This document shows, one piece after another, positions 38,177 through 49,797 of a stretch of DNA of 64,000 nucleotides. The DNA comes from a virus, in the IMG/VR virus record IMGVR_UViG_3300038856_000064, positions 111,149-175,148 of that record; one strand, given 5' to 3'. The position numbers and the translations under genes were made by a program. Every line of letters starts with the position of its first letter. Within the stretch, counting starts at the first letter, position 1. Below the pieces are notes generated by a model that was given only the letters and a program-made list of their open reading frames with translations, was not told where the DNA came from and searched no databases.

Positions 38177-38347
38177 ATGAGCAAAAAGCATTTCGAGGCA
38201 ATCGCTAAGCTGGTGCGCGAAGCCGATTACTTGACTGACGACCAACAACGTATTCTTGCTAATCAGCTCTCTTACGTGCTGGAAAATAGCAATATGTTGT
38301 TTGATCCGGAGCGTTTTATCGAGGCAGCGACGACTAAGGACAACTAG
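38177..38347 (+). CDS. 56-aa conserved phage protein (MSKKHFEAIA...FDPERFIEA)
   Basis: Not in the track; TTGCCA-N17-TATACT promoter; leaderless. Confidence 0.7.
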   Translation: MSKKHFEAIAKLVREADYLTDDQQRILANQLSYVLENSNMLFDPERFIEAATTKDN

Positions 38348-39111
38348 TGAGTAAACCTGACCTGACGTATATCTCTAAGGGAAACTCTAAGACTGAGTGT
38401 TTCTCTTTTGATTTACCCGCAATCGAAACCTGTCCAGGACGAACGCAAGAATGCTCTAAGGATTGTTATGCCGCTAGCCTTATGCGGATTTATCCGCAAT
38501 TGCAGAAGCGGTACCAGGACAACTACAACATTACGTTTCACCCCTCTTTCGTGCGCTATATGGTGGATAACATTCCACCTAATTGCCAATTCCGTATCCA
38601 TGTAAGCGGAGACTTTTTCCACGCTGATTACGTTCGTAAATGGATCGAGATTTGCCGCGCACGTCCCGATGTCACGTTTTACGCTTACACGCGGTCGTGG
38701 CGCATTCCGGCTATATGGGATAAAATCCAAGAGCTTCACGCGCTTCCCAACGTCAACGTAAACCTATCTGTAGATAACGAAACCGGACCGCCGAACCAGC
38801 GAGTCTATAAGAATTTTCACGCCGCAAGTCAAATGCGGTGGTGCTATCTGACTAAAACGGATAGTGTTCCCGAGTGGATCAACGAAGACGATATCGTGTT
38901 CCGCTCGAATCATAACGGGCAACCTGGCAATCACAAGTGGAAGCGCAAGAAAGCTATCAAGCAAGGGCTCGACCCTAATGAAGTAGCGCCGCTCGTAAAA
39001 CGTCTAGGTGGTCAAGTTTGCCCATTGGAACAGGGACAAGACGTCCCTAACTTTTCGTGTGCTAAGTGTCGACTATGTGTCGATAAACCTAAGGTGGTGG
39101 CATTTGTCTAA
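38347..39111 (+). CDS. GP88-like (radical-SAM-related) protein
   Basis: GNSK..FDLPA..TCPG...C...CYA; FRIHVSGDF; FYAYTRS; CAKCRLC. Confidence 0.8.
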   Translation: MSKPDLTYISKGNSKTECFSFDLPAIETCPGRTQECSKDCYAASLMRIYPQLQKRYQDNYNITFHPSFVRYMVDNIPPNCQFRIHVSGDFFHADYVRKWIEICRARPDVTFYAYTRSWRIPAIWDKIQELHALPNVNVNLSVDNETGPPNQRVYKNFHAASQMRWCYLTKTDSVPEWINEDDIVFRSNHNGQPGNHKWKRKKAIKQGLDPNEVAPLVKRLGGQVCPLEQGQDVPNFSCAKCRLCVDKPKVVAFV

Positions 39112-39206
39112 TGTCTCGCCTTTTTTGGATGGTGATACTACCTATGGAATGATGCTGTTGGCATTTATCCTAGGTGTTTTATTTACAACTAGAACAAAAT
39201 GGAGTG

Positions 39207-39667
39207 ATGATGAAAATCGTTGAAGATGATAAAGTAGGTGTTCCGTTCTCGGATATTCCGCCAGGAACCATCTTTGTTTGTGAGGAGGTTTATTACCTCA
39301 AAACTTTTGAAGCCGATCGCGACGTCACCGGATACTATACCAATTCGGTAGGTCTGGAAACTGGCGCTCACGAACATTTTGGCGATGACGTTGTCGTCGA
39401 TAGCGTGCCTATGTCTCTGAAGATTACCCAGGGGGGAACATGAAAATTATTGAAAAAGAAAACGTAGACGTTCCGTTTCTGAATCTGACTCCAGGAACTA
39501 TCTTTCGTTTTGATGATATCTACTACCTAAAGGTCCACGAAATCCACGATCATGTGGGGTCTACTTTCAATGCCATGGTTTTATTCAACGGCACTAGTGA
39601 GTATTTCACCAGCGATATTATCGTCGACAAGGTTCCGGGAACTTTGGAAATTACTCAAGGCATCTAG
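39207..39667 (+). CDS. Two tandem paralogous small proteins (39207..39443 and 39440..39667)
   Basis: Both MKI(V/I)E..VPF..PGTIF..YYLK..(L)KITQG/(L)EITQG. Confidence 0.65.
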
Positions 39668-40295
39668 ATGAAACTCTCACTCAAATTCCTACGCCTCAAT
39701 GACTATACTCATTGCGAAGAAGAAGTAAAAGAAGGAACGATTTACGGTTTCTGGCGCATTGTGGAGCATACCGGCGCGGGATGGTTTCCGTGGCCCGGAA
39801 TTTATGAATCGCGCGAACGTGCGCAAAAGATTCTAGATGCCCATATTTCTCTGAATAAGTAATCTCAAAGGCTGGAACACCCAGCCTACTCTGGCTTGCC
39901 CGCCGCCCATATCGCTACATTATAAGACTCCTACAAACGACCCCTAGAACTATACCACATATAAGGGAGACCCCTGGCGTACTTTCTGAGTACTCTTATA
40001 GTTTTCTTCTAGAGGGTCTTACCTACAGGTGCCGCGCACATTCAACATCGCCTTGTGTTATTTGTTCTAGATGTCTCTCTCAACCTAACTTAAACTTAAA
40101 CTTAGTCAAGCACACTAGCTAAGGCGCTGTGTGCGCTGGCATGTTTCGTTGCGGCTAATACTATTAGTATGTGTCTAGAATTTAAATTCGTGCGTGAAAT
40201 GTCTTGTTTTCTGATCGTGCGTCTCATTTTGAGAAAATGTGGGGAAAATCACGGGAAGTTTGGCTCTAGGTGCATATCTGTGATAGATTACGACC

Positions 40296-40709
40296 ATGAT
40301 TCAAGCTCTCAGAAACGCTAATCCTGTACAGATATGGATCGCGCAGACATTTAATACGACCGTGCCCCTGTCCGATGGCAGAACTATTGTTGTGCGGTTC
40401 GATTTGTCTAGTTGTGATATTTTTTATGACCCACTAGAAAAGATGAGATTAGCAAAGGCTTACAGGGTCGAGGAGTCGGTTGTGGATTTTATTCAGATTG
40501 AGATGAATGAGATTGGCACGGCGGTTTATGATTCGGGCACAGTATCTATTTATATTCTAGATGCTCTGGAGGCAAAAGACTGGAATCGTGCGAATAGTTT
40601 ACTGGGACTGCTTGCTAAGTCTCTAGTTGCAATTGACTTAGACAAATCTCAAATATGGGACAAATGGTTCGACAAAGTATATTCCTACATAAAAGAGAAT
40701 TCGTCATAG
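40296..40709 (+). CDS. Hypothetical protein
   Basis: 137-aa ORF. Confidence 0.55.
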   Translation: MIQALRNANPVQIWIAQTFNTTVPLSDGRTIVVRFDLSSCDIFYDPLEKMRLAKAYRVEESVVDFIQIEMNEIGTAVYDSGTVSIYILDALEAKDWNRANSLLGLLAKSLVAIDLDKSQIWDKWFDKVYSYIKENSS

Positions 40710-41218
40710 TTGGCGATAAATGGGCGAAATGGGGTGGAATTCGTCAGGAGTGGCGATAATTCGTTGGAAACGCGATTCCTTATTATCTCAGGATAAGGCG
40801 TGAGTTAAGTTTAATTGCCCCTCAGCTCCCAAAAACGTTTTCACCCGTTCATGTTTCCCCCCTCTATATTTGTTTCTCTTGTTGTTTCTTTGGTTGTACT
40901 AGTAATACCTAAGACATCTAGAGGATCTAAGTATAGTTGTAGTAAACTTTTATGTCCTTTTTGGTTCTTCCAGATTTATCCCTTTTACGAGGGTATTTAT
41001 CATGCGTTTTGTGGCGTTCGTGGTAGTATGAACTGACGAACAGCCCGCGCGGGAACACCTAAACCACCTAGGATAAAATCCTCAAATTTCTCACCCCATC
41101 CTGTATATCTGGTGTATACTGACTGTAGCTGAAACAGCACAGGTGAACGTAACATGATCGACGCTAAAGAACTCGAAACCGTATTCACTTCTTGTCTTTT
41201 TTATGAGGACAACTAGAG

Positions 41219-44200
41219 ATGAATCCACGCTATATCGCCTACGCTAAGGCTCATGGTAAAACGCCTGATGCTATGCTAGCCCATGATAAAAAAGAATGGC
41301 CCGGTGGCTGTATGACCGGATTTATTCTCTGGATGCGCGAGCAGAAAGGCGCATTTCGTAAGGCATCCCCTGAATCATTCTATATGGTAGGTGGGGCGCT
41401 TACTGAAATTGCAGACCAGGAAGCTTGGGATAACTTTTTACAGAACCAATAACAACTAGAAAATAAGATGTATACTACACTTACAGAACTAATTTCCGCG
41501 CTTCAGAAACTTGCCGCAGAAGGTCACGGTGATCTTCCCGTGTATGCCACTCACGGTGCCTCTGGTGCTTCTGATCCAGTTGGCAGTCCCGATATCCAGA
41601 AAACTACCGGAGCGGAGCTTGGGGAGCTTTGTGAGCTTGACGTCGGCACTCCCTATGTGGATATCTACATCGGCAACTAGATAAAATGGCTTCCGACTTA
41701 CGCTGTCCATACTGTGACGAAAATCTTGGCAAGGATACAGAAAATCCTCGCTTAGCTTACTGTTCAACATGTGGTGAAGGGGATATTAAAAATCCTCGGG
41801 GATATAAAAATGACAACTAGAGATAATAAAATGGATAAGAAGCAACTACTTGAGCGTATCGCCTTACTGTTGGGCGAATACGAGGAGCAGGGTGACGGAA
41901 AGATCGTCGGATGTTATTTTGAGGATGAGAACGATATTATCCACGAATATAGCGGACAATCTTTTATGGCATGGGATCCAGGATTCGGGATCGGGAAGGT
42001 GAATATCAACTCAAGTCGCCCCGAAGAACTCACCGAAGAGGAAGGGGATAAACCAATCCTAAAGAGTCAACATGTGACTATTAAAGCTGGTTCGAACATT
42101 GTCGTAAACGGCAGGCGAATGATTCTCGCGGAGGATCAATCTTTCTACCCTTCTAATTCAGGCGAGGGGATCCGAGTTTTTGCCGAACCGGCGCGATAGC
42201 CTTGAGATATTCATTATTAGGGAGTTAGGGCAACTAGAAATATTAAAATGGTAAATTTTATCGCACAGAATACCGAGGATTTTACGCCTGCTGTAAAGGC
42301 CGTTGTTCAGTTCGTGAAAGAAGAAACTGGCGAATGTCAGTGGATTACTCCAGCCGTTAGTGGTCCCGGAGGATGCGTCTATGAAGGCGTGGAGCCGGAT
42401 TGTTTTATGGTCTACGTGGCAGGTAGAAAGGTTAATATTCTGCTTTCGGAAGATCCAGATCGGGCAATTAAGCAAGTCAGGGGGATTCAATGACTAAGAA
42501 TAGACTAGTTATGACTATGGTGTTGTTATTGGCGTCATATAGTGCGGAACCTACCCCATCAAAATATGATCTTGGACAGTTGGTTTTGCTAAAAACAGGA
42601 GAAATCGGTATAATCGTAGTAGTTAAACCACGCTACAAGTCCTACTGGGTACGAACCGTTATGGCGGGTAGGGTATACATCGAAGAATTTGAAATCGAAA
42701 AGGTAGTAGATAAATGAATGACAAAATACGAGCCCGCTGCGCCGTGCCTGATGCTCCATGGACTAAGTGTTATCTTTGTATGAAACCACTTAAAACCTGC
42801 GAAAGGCCATACGATATGAATGGTGACTATATTTGTCCCGTACATACTGATGGTTCCGAAAACAGTGATGGGTACTGGGTTTGTAATAAGTGTTCTGAAC
42901 AAGATAGTGACAACTAGATGAAAATCTTGGATATATCTCTGAAGGGTGATACGCTCAGGTTTACCGCCGAAATTCGGGGAAGTAAAGTCACCTCATCCGT
43001 AAAAGACGTCGGTGAAGATCTATTGTTTGGCAAGCTTGTCAGGCGTATCCATGTAAATGACGACTTTCATGCTGGCTTGCGTTGGGCGTTTCGTGATGAT
43101 ATTAATGAGTTGCGAATTTTACTTAACGAGAAACTAAACGAGCAAACTAGATGAATATTCTAGATAGATATCGTCCACAATACACACACGATTGTGATGC
43201 CTGTCGCTTTATCTTTCGAGAGGGCGAGATGGATCTCTATTGGTGTAATGGCGCAGGGGGCGGGAGCGTGATCGTCCGGAAGGGCGACGAACCATTTTGT
43301 TACTACAGCGCAGACGTAATGACAGTGCTTATGACTGATGCAGATAGTCCCGTTGTCAAAATTTGTCGAAAAGTTGTTGCATATATCACGAGACATGGTA
43401 TACTAGATATATCAGTAAACAACGAACAACTAGAAGCCTGGGATCTAGCGTTTAAAGACTAATGTTTTTTCTTCGATGTCAAAAATGTAAGGATGCTGCG
43501 TGCGCAACTTTGGTAGTGACCGAGGGGTCAGTTACTAAACACTATTGGGTTTGTGTGCATTGCTGGTATAGTCTTACTCCTAGGGAAAATTGGGGAGATA
43601 TAGAGCTATGATGGTTACTTGGGCAGCAGTAGATATTTCTGATGATGCCATAAAGACGAGTGCGGGAATCGCAAGCTTTATGATCCTTGTCATTAAGGAT
43701 TATGAAATTGTGGCACGCTTTCCGTATATGTCAACACTGGAACACGCTAAGAACGAGGCAAAACGTCTACTAGACTGTTTCGTTGAAGGGCACTCCATTA
43801 TCTTGGGAGCGCATTGGGAGACTGAAAAGGTATAAACTAATGACCACTAACTTTCTAGTTGCTATGACAATCGTGATGATTGTACTTATCGTCTCGTCAC
43901 TACTTAAAGAACCAGACCAATATAATGAGGTAACGATTCGTGGCGTACAACTACATATTGGACTTACCATGATGATGTGGATGAGCCTTTATCATATGCT
44001 GGAACTTATTTCTAATGGATGACGAGCATGACTTTTGTTTTAAAAAGAAAGATGGCACTTATATCGACGTAGTGCAATTCTTTGATAGCACCTGGGGTAT
44101 TCTCGTTGGAGAAAAATGGGTACAGGAAGGACTTAAAACTAGAGAAGAAGCTAGTGCTATCGCATTAGAATTGCTAGGCTTTAAGGACTTGAATAAGCCG

Positions 44201-44299
44201 CCCTATAATTGCGAAGATTGTTTCTGCACCATAATTTGTTCTAATTGTGAAAAATGGCCAAGTATGCCATGCTCGGACATTTGTGACCAGTGCTGCTAA
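41219..44299 (+). CDS. Cluster of ~11 short coupled hypothetical genes (41219, 41468, 41810, 42248, 42490, 42714, 42918, 43151, 43608, 43839, 44015)
   Basis: Head-to-tail plus-strand ORFs with overlapping stop/start; no recognisable enzyme motifs. Confidence 0.55.
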
Positions 44300-44302
44300 G
44301 AT

Positions 44303-44962
44303 ATGTTGTTTACTCCAAAAATAGAAATTATTGGTAATGTAAATGGTAGTTATTCTGTAGATAGGCTATCGGAAGAGACTAGTGTTTATGCAGCCAGCCC
44401 TAATTTTGTTAGGCAGCACTGCGGGCCAATTGCTAATGATATTCTAGATGCCGTAAATCCATCCTACTACACCTTATGTGAAGAGCTGGGGATGCTTCCT
44501 AATATTGATATTAGGGTTCATCGCCTGAATATCGGTGAATATCCAGCTATCCCAGGATGGCACTGTGATGGGGTAAAGCGTGAAACTTATCATGGTCAAC
44601 CTAATCCTGACCAGATTTGTATTCGTGATACTGTATTATGTGTTGTGTCGATGGGGAGTATTTCTAATCCAGAAATTATAACAGAGCAACTAGAAATAGA
44701 TGTTATTAATCAAGGAGATGATTTTAAATTTTGGCAGTATGTAGATAGCAAAATCCCACATAATGTGGGTCGAATCGAAATGCCGGATGGACAGATTACC
44801 ATGATCGGAGAATCAACACTGCATCGCGTTATGCCCGCAAAAGAACGAGGATTTCGCTTATTCTTTCGAATGTCTATGTGGCATAATAATTATGTAGGCG
44901 ATGAAGGTAAGATCGCTAAACAGCAACAAGTCTACTTGCTTCAGGGTGAGAATGGATGGTAA
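44303..44962 (+). CDS. 2OG-Fe(II) oxygenase-like protein
   Basis: PGWHCDG (HxD) ... LHR ... RLFFR. Confidence 0.65.
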   Translation: MLFTPKIEIIGNVNGSYSVDRLSEETSVYAASPNFVRQHCGPIANDILDAVNPSYYTLCEELGMLPNIDIRVHRLNIGEYPAIPGWHCDGVKRETYHGQPNPDQICIRDTVLCVVSMGSISNPEIITEQLEIDVINQGDDFKFWQYVDSKIPHNVGRIEMPDGQITMIGESTLHRVMPAKERGFRLFFRMSMWHNNYVGDEGKIAKQQQVYLLQGENGW

Positions 44963-45417
44963 AGCCTCTAAGGCTCTACACCGATGGATCGTTAAATCCT
45001 GAAACTTTAGTCGCAGGATGGGCTTATCTTTTAGTTCATGGTGGTTGTGTCTTACTCGCAGAGTCGGGAACTTGCCATGGTGATTCTAATCACAGCGAAT
45101 ATATGGCAATTATTCAGGGTCTTCTAGCTGTCCCACCTACTACTAGAGTTCATGTAATCACTGACAGGAATGACGTTGGCGATATGGTGCAGCACCCGCA
45201 CCGTCAGAAATGCCGCTCAGGGCGTCTAGCATCCTATCGTAGGGCCATCTGCAAGATGATCCATCCCAGACACGTCAAGGTTAAGGTAATCGAATCTGGG
45301 GGCAGCCACTGGAGCCGTAGGGCAGATGATCTCGCACGACATGCTTGTGGACTAGTCACTAAGAATCAAAAGAAGAGAATTAGTAAGAAGCGTAACAAGA
45401 AATCTGTTGACAACTAG
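44956..45417 (+). CDS. RNase H-like protein
   Basis: LYTDGS, SNHSEYMAI, VITD, ADDLAR. Confidence 0.85.
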   Translation: MVKPLRLYTDGSLNPETLVAGWAYLLVHGGCVLLAESGTCHGDSNHSEYMAIIQGLLAVPPTTRVHVITDRNDVGDMVQHPHRQKCRSGRLASYRRAICKMIHPRHVKVKVIESGGSHWSRRADDLARHACGLVTKNQKKRISKKRNKKSVDN

Positions 45418-45441
45418 ACTAGATGGGGGTATAATGAAGGC

Positions 45442-45962
45442 ATGAACACAAAGCATATCATTGTGGTCTGGGAACTAATTCCGGAAGAAACCAAGTTTTA
45501 CAATCTCGTAGTTAGTCAAGAAGACGCGCAGTTAATTGAAGCTGCACATAACGACTACGTCAATACCGTAAATGAAACAGGTGCTGCCGAGTGGCTTTCG
45601 GAATATCTGGCGGATAAACAGCCTCTGGATATGGATAATGGTCCGTTTGATCTTACCGGAGAGGTTACGATCGTTCACTCTGGATTTATGATGTGAAATA
45701 CATGAGATATCAAGTATTCGATAATGGAAAGCCCGCAGATTCTAGTGGGCATAAGGTTCATCCATCTTGGAATAATTCAATCTTTCCAACATATCATGAC
45801 GCCGTAAGGTATGTTGTTAAGTGGCTGGGGTGGGATTGGTGCAGTTCAGAAGATGATATCAATTCCTTAGCTATGTGTATCCGGAAGGATATTCATTATG
45901 ACTATAGTGGATATGGTGATGTCATCGAAATCCGTGACATTAAGGAAAATGAAGGGCAATAA
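45442..45962 (+). CDS. Two hypothetical proteins (45442..45696 leaderless; 45693..45962)
   Basis: TTGACA-N17-TATAAT promoter at 45407-45435. Confidence 0.6.
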
Positions 45963-45977
45963 GAAAGAGGTAAAATT

Positions 45978-46358
45978 ATGTTTACAATCAATCAGCTTAG
46001 ACTCGGTGTTTTAATGATTCTTCTCCTAGTTGTAGGAGGGATGTGGGCCTACCCACAATACAACGTTTGGCAGAAGGGCCTATCTGGCCGCGCAAGGCTC
46101 GCAGAGGCCGAGCAGAGCCGCCAGATTGCTATCGAGGAGGCTAAGGCAATTAAGGAGTCGGCACAATTTAAAGCTGACGCTGAAGTCATCCGAGCTAGAG
46201 GTGTTGCTGAGGCTAATAGCATTATTGCTGATGGTCTAGGTGGACCAGATGGTTATCTTCGTTGGTTGTTTATCGAACAATTGGCGGGACGAAATGGTGA
46301 CACGATCTATATCCCGACAGAGGCTGGACTCCCAATTCTTGAGGCACGAAATAAGTAA
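45978..46358 (+). CDS. Membrane-anchored SPFH/band-7-like coiled-coil protein
   Basis: N-terminal TM, PQYNVW, AEV.RARGVAEAN, IYIPTEAGLPILEAR. Confidence 0.7.
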   Translation: MFTINQLRLGVLMILLLVVGGMWAYPQYNVWQKGLSGRARLAEAEQSRQIAIEEAKAIKESAQFKADAEVIRARGVAEANSIIADGLGGPDGYLRWLFIEQLAGRNGDTIYIPTEAGLPILEARNK

Positions 46359-46359
46359 T

Positions 46360-47787
46360 ATGAAAATTGAAGTCACTCTCAAGGATCCTGACGGATTTTA
46401 CCACGCTGTAGATGGTGCTGCAATCGAGGAATCTCTTCGCATTGGCAGTCTAGATGACTCCATCACAGAAGAAATTCAAGACCAAATCAAAGAAAGTAAG
46501 GAATCAGAGATCAACGAATTTCTATCTACCTGGGTAGAATACAACGAATATATTACTATTGTCTTTGATACAGAAACTGATACAGCTACCGTAAAGGTGC
46601 TAAAGGATAACTAAATGGAATTTAGAACACATTTGCTTTGTGAAAGAACTGGCCTTCATCATACTCTTAATTTTGTCATTAATAAGGATAAGGAGATTCT
46701 TGTTCTGAATAATGACAATAAGATCATCGCCAGACTTTCTTGTGATAGTATGAATAATGGAGACTATCCAATCGGAAAAGACTCTTTCTTCTTGATGTTT
46801 GAGCCGGAGGATGAGCCTGCTCTAGATAAGAATATCGCAACGAGCAGTGAGTGACAAATATGTGTGAACAATGTTTTCTCAATCCTCTTTATCTCGGTGA
46901 ATTTTTGCCAGGATTCTATCTAGGTAGGGCACGTCGCGATGGATATGAAGGGAAGAAGGGTGATTGGTTCTTGGTTAGGTGTAATGATCCCGATATTTAC
47001 TGGCGTGAGACACCTAGATTAAAAACGTCTTTTAAATCTGATAGCGAATATTATAATTCGATTACAACTTTTGCTCAAGATTTAAGCGAAAATGCATTAG
47101 ATTTTACATTTTCTCACGAGTTGGTTGAAATAGCGACTGAAACTGGTAGCTATAATAGGTTACGAGATGGCAACTTTGTGTTCCGTCTGTATGATTTATT
47201 GGCTAAATATATCGTTAAGGCCAATCCGGTAGTAGACGAACTAGTTTTTCCAGAATGGGAAAAAGATCATCCAACAGATCATACTATTGGCAAAGAATGA
47301 TATCGACTATTATAATCGTGGGGTTTATAACCCTCTTTGTTGTTCTAGATGTTCTTACTTGTCATCTAGGACTTGAAAATAATTACTACTAGAAAGGAAA
47401 ATAAAATGGACCCAGCAATTCTACATCTTATCGTTCAAAAGACTATTGAGCTTATGGTAGCAAGCACACCTACAGCTCAAGCAATCATCGAAGAAATCCA
47501 TTCTCTAGTTGCCGAACTTCCTGTTGATCCGCCAGAGTGGCCACCCGCAGGACAGACTTGGCCTTCTTATTATGCCTCTTATCAGGCTTATCTCGATTTT
47601 CTAAATGACAATATGTGATATGAGAGACTATACAATTAGTGGAGTAACTGTTACCGCACGTCGTTATCGTACTGCCGTTCGGCGAGTGAGCGGGTATCTA
47701 CGTGGGGAGTTTGATATCACTGGCGCGACGATTCCTGCTAAGGATCGGACTCCGCCTGGCACACCTATGCGCAAGAAGAAATGCTAG
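46360..47787 (+). CDS. Cluster of short hypothetical genes (46360, 46615, 46851, 47406, 47620)
   Basis: Coupled plus-strand ORFs. Confidence 0.5.
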
Positions 47788-48947
47788 GACAAACCCTTTA
47801 CGCGCCCACTAAGACAGGCAATATCAAGACCTGGAAATGTTCTGTAGAGAATTCTGTTACGGGTACAGATACGGAACATCCGGACTATCCTTATGCGCCG
47901 ACCTTTGTCGTGATACAGTCCGCAACCAAGCTAGGTGGAAAAGTTGTCACTCGCAAAGATCTTATTACCGAAGGCAAAAACCTAGGTAAGAAAAACGAGA
48001 CCACTCCTTATCAACAAGCGGTAAGCGAGGCAGAGTCTAGGTGTCGGAAGAAACTTGATAGTGGTTATTCATTAGAGGTCCCCACCGACGTAAGCAAAGC
48101 TGGGTATAATACTTTAGGATTTCCTCAGCCTATGTTGGCTCATAAGATTCAGGATGTCAAAGATTTAAACTTTCCTGCTTGGTTCCAGCCAAAATTAGAT
48201 GGTCATCGTGCTCTTACTACCAAGCAAGATGGCAAAATGATTATGTATTCTAGAAAAGGAAAACTAATCAATACGATGGGGCATATCCTTAGTCATCTAG
48301 AAGATAAGATTGAGGAAGGAATGTTTCTTGATGGTGAACTTTATTGTCACGGTAAACAATTACAAAACATTGGATCACTCATTAAAAAGGAGCAACCTGG
48401 ATCTGAGCTAGTGAGGTATAACGTTTACGACGTAGTACTTGACGCCCCCTATGGAGAGCGTTTTGAAAAATTGCGCCATATTTTAAAGTATAACGGTGAG
48501 GATAATCCGCCCGCTTTTTTAGTTCCAACTACTAAAATTCCAGACATGGAATATGCACAAAAACTTACCAAAGAAGCTATAGAAGACGGCTTCGAGGGTG
48601 GTATTTTACGCACGTCAGGTGGAGGATATCTAGCTGGTTTTCGTAGTAGGGATCTGCTTAAGATTAAGGAGTTCGATGATAGCGAGGCAGAGATTCTGGA
48701 TGTCATCGAGCGCAAAACTTTCACGACAAATGGTGCGTCACTAAAAACTGCCAAGTTTGTTTGCAGACATCTAGAGAATAACGTAGAGTTTAGCTGCACC
48801 GTTTTCGGTACTATGGAGGAGAAAGACGTTATCTTCCGCGATAAGGAAAAATATATCGGAAAGATCCTCACAGTCAAGCACGCGGGGTATACTAAAGCAA
48901 AGAAGCCATTTCATCCCGTCGCATTACGATTAAGGGAGGACATTTAG
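47781..48947 (+). CDS. ATP-dependent DNA ligase
   Basis: PMLA, QPKLDGHR (KxDG), LDGELY, YDV, EGGILR, LLKIK, OB fold. Confidence 0.93.
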   Translation: MLGQTLYAPTKTGNIKTWKCSVENSVTGTDTEHPDYPYAPTFVVIQSATKLGGKVVTRKDLITEGKNLGKKNETTPYQQAVSEAESRCRKKLDSGYSLEVPTDVSKAGYNTLGFPQPMLAHKIQDVKDLNFPAWFQPKLDGHRALTTKQDGKMIMYSRKGKLINTMGHILSHLEDKIEEGMFLDGELYCHGKQLQNIGSLIKKEQPGSELVRYNVYDVVLDAPYGERFEKLRHILKYNGEDNPPAFLVPTTKIPDMEYAQKLTKEAIEDGFEGGILRTSGGGYLAGFRSRDLLKIKEFDDSEAEILDVIERKTFTTNGASLKTAKFVCRHLENNVEFSCTVFGTMEEKDVIFRDKEKYIGKILTVKHAGYTKAKKPFHPVALRLREDI

Positions 48948-49670
48948 ATGACCAAACTAATATTTCACCGTGACAAATACGGCGCGCATATTTACTATCC
49001 TGGCATGAACGAATATGTACCAGATCTCGTTATGCTGAATGGTGAGGAGTTCCGTACAAAATATATATCTATTGTGCCGCCAGTAGAATCTCTTACCTCT
49101 GATTTGTCTGGAGACAAGATCGAGTTTGAAATTATTGATATTGACTACTGTGCTGACGATAGGATGACGCCAATGCGTCACTTCAACACTAAGAGGATTA
49201 ACTATTTTGAAGTTAGTGGGGTTGACGTAGCCAAGAAATTTATACATAGCCTTTGTAAATCCGAAGGACTGGAAGAATCCGTCACCGATCGTCGCAATAC
49301 CTTTGAAGTTAGGGACCGTTGGAGTGAAATCTCAATGAAGATTGAGGGGAAGATATATAACGAAAATATTAATAAGGTGTCACTAAGGGATTTTCAAGGT
49401 CTTAGACAAGAGTGTCAAGAATACATCAATCAGATCGAGTCCGCAATTCGTAAAGATTTTGATATCTGGAAGATTAATGATAAGTCTCCATCGGAACTGA
49501 CCGTAGGCTTTGTGGTTACCGAGCTGAACAAGATTAGGAATCAGGTTAGTCGTATCGACTCTAAGCTAAAGACTAAAGAGGTATACAAAAGAGCCTTAGC
49601 GATGATCGATATCATGATCGAAGAAAGTAGGCTTTTTGCCATGAAAGAGCTTGACAAGGATGGAGACTGA
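48948..49670 (+). CDS. Hypothetical protein
   Basis: 240-aa ORF. Confidence 0.6.
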   Translation: MTKLIFHRDKYGAHIYYPGMNEYVPDLVMLNGEEFRTKYISIVPPVESLTSDLSGDKIEFEIIDIDYCADDRMTPMRHFNTKRINYFEVSGVDVAKKFIHSLCKSEGLEESVTDRRNTFEVRDRWSEISMKIEGKIYNENINKVSLRDFQGLRQECQEYINQIESAIRKDFDIWKINDKSPSELTVGFVVTELNKIRNQVSRIDSKLKTKEVYKRALAMIDIMIEESRLFAMKELDKDGD

Positions 49671-49760
49671 GGTATACTAACAGGGTCGAGGCGACAAGAG
49701 CGTTATGGTTACCTAGAAGAACTCAAAAAGACTTGACAAATACACATCTAGTGGTATACT
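49651..49760 (+). promoter_or_regulatory. Two tandem sigma70-type promoters
   Basis: TTGACA-N16-TATACT at 49651-49678 and 49733-49760. Confidence 0.75.
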
Positions 49761-49797
49761 GGATTAGTCAGAAACAACACAATTACTTAGGAACAAA

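Larger units (their letters stand above)
31800..39914. repeat. Dispersed 9-copy motif ACASC-N7-CTC-N3-CW-TGC-N5-8-CATATCG
   Basis: Copies start at 31800, 32303, 33165, 34075, 34596, 35253, 36572, 38003 and 39877; all intergenic. Confidence 0.85.

Noticed and set aside
31800-39914. CRISPR array or integron attC sites as the explanation for the 9-copy motif
   Set aside because: Copies are degenerate and 0.5-2 kb apart, with no palindromic attC ends and no cas or integrase gene in the window
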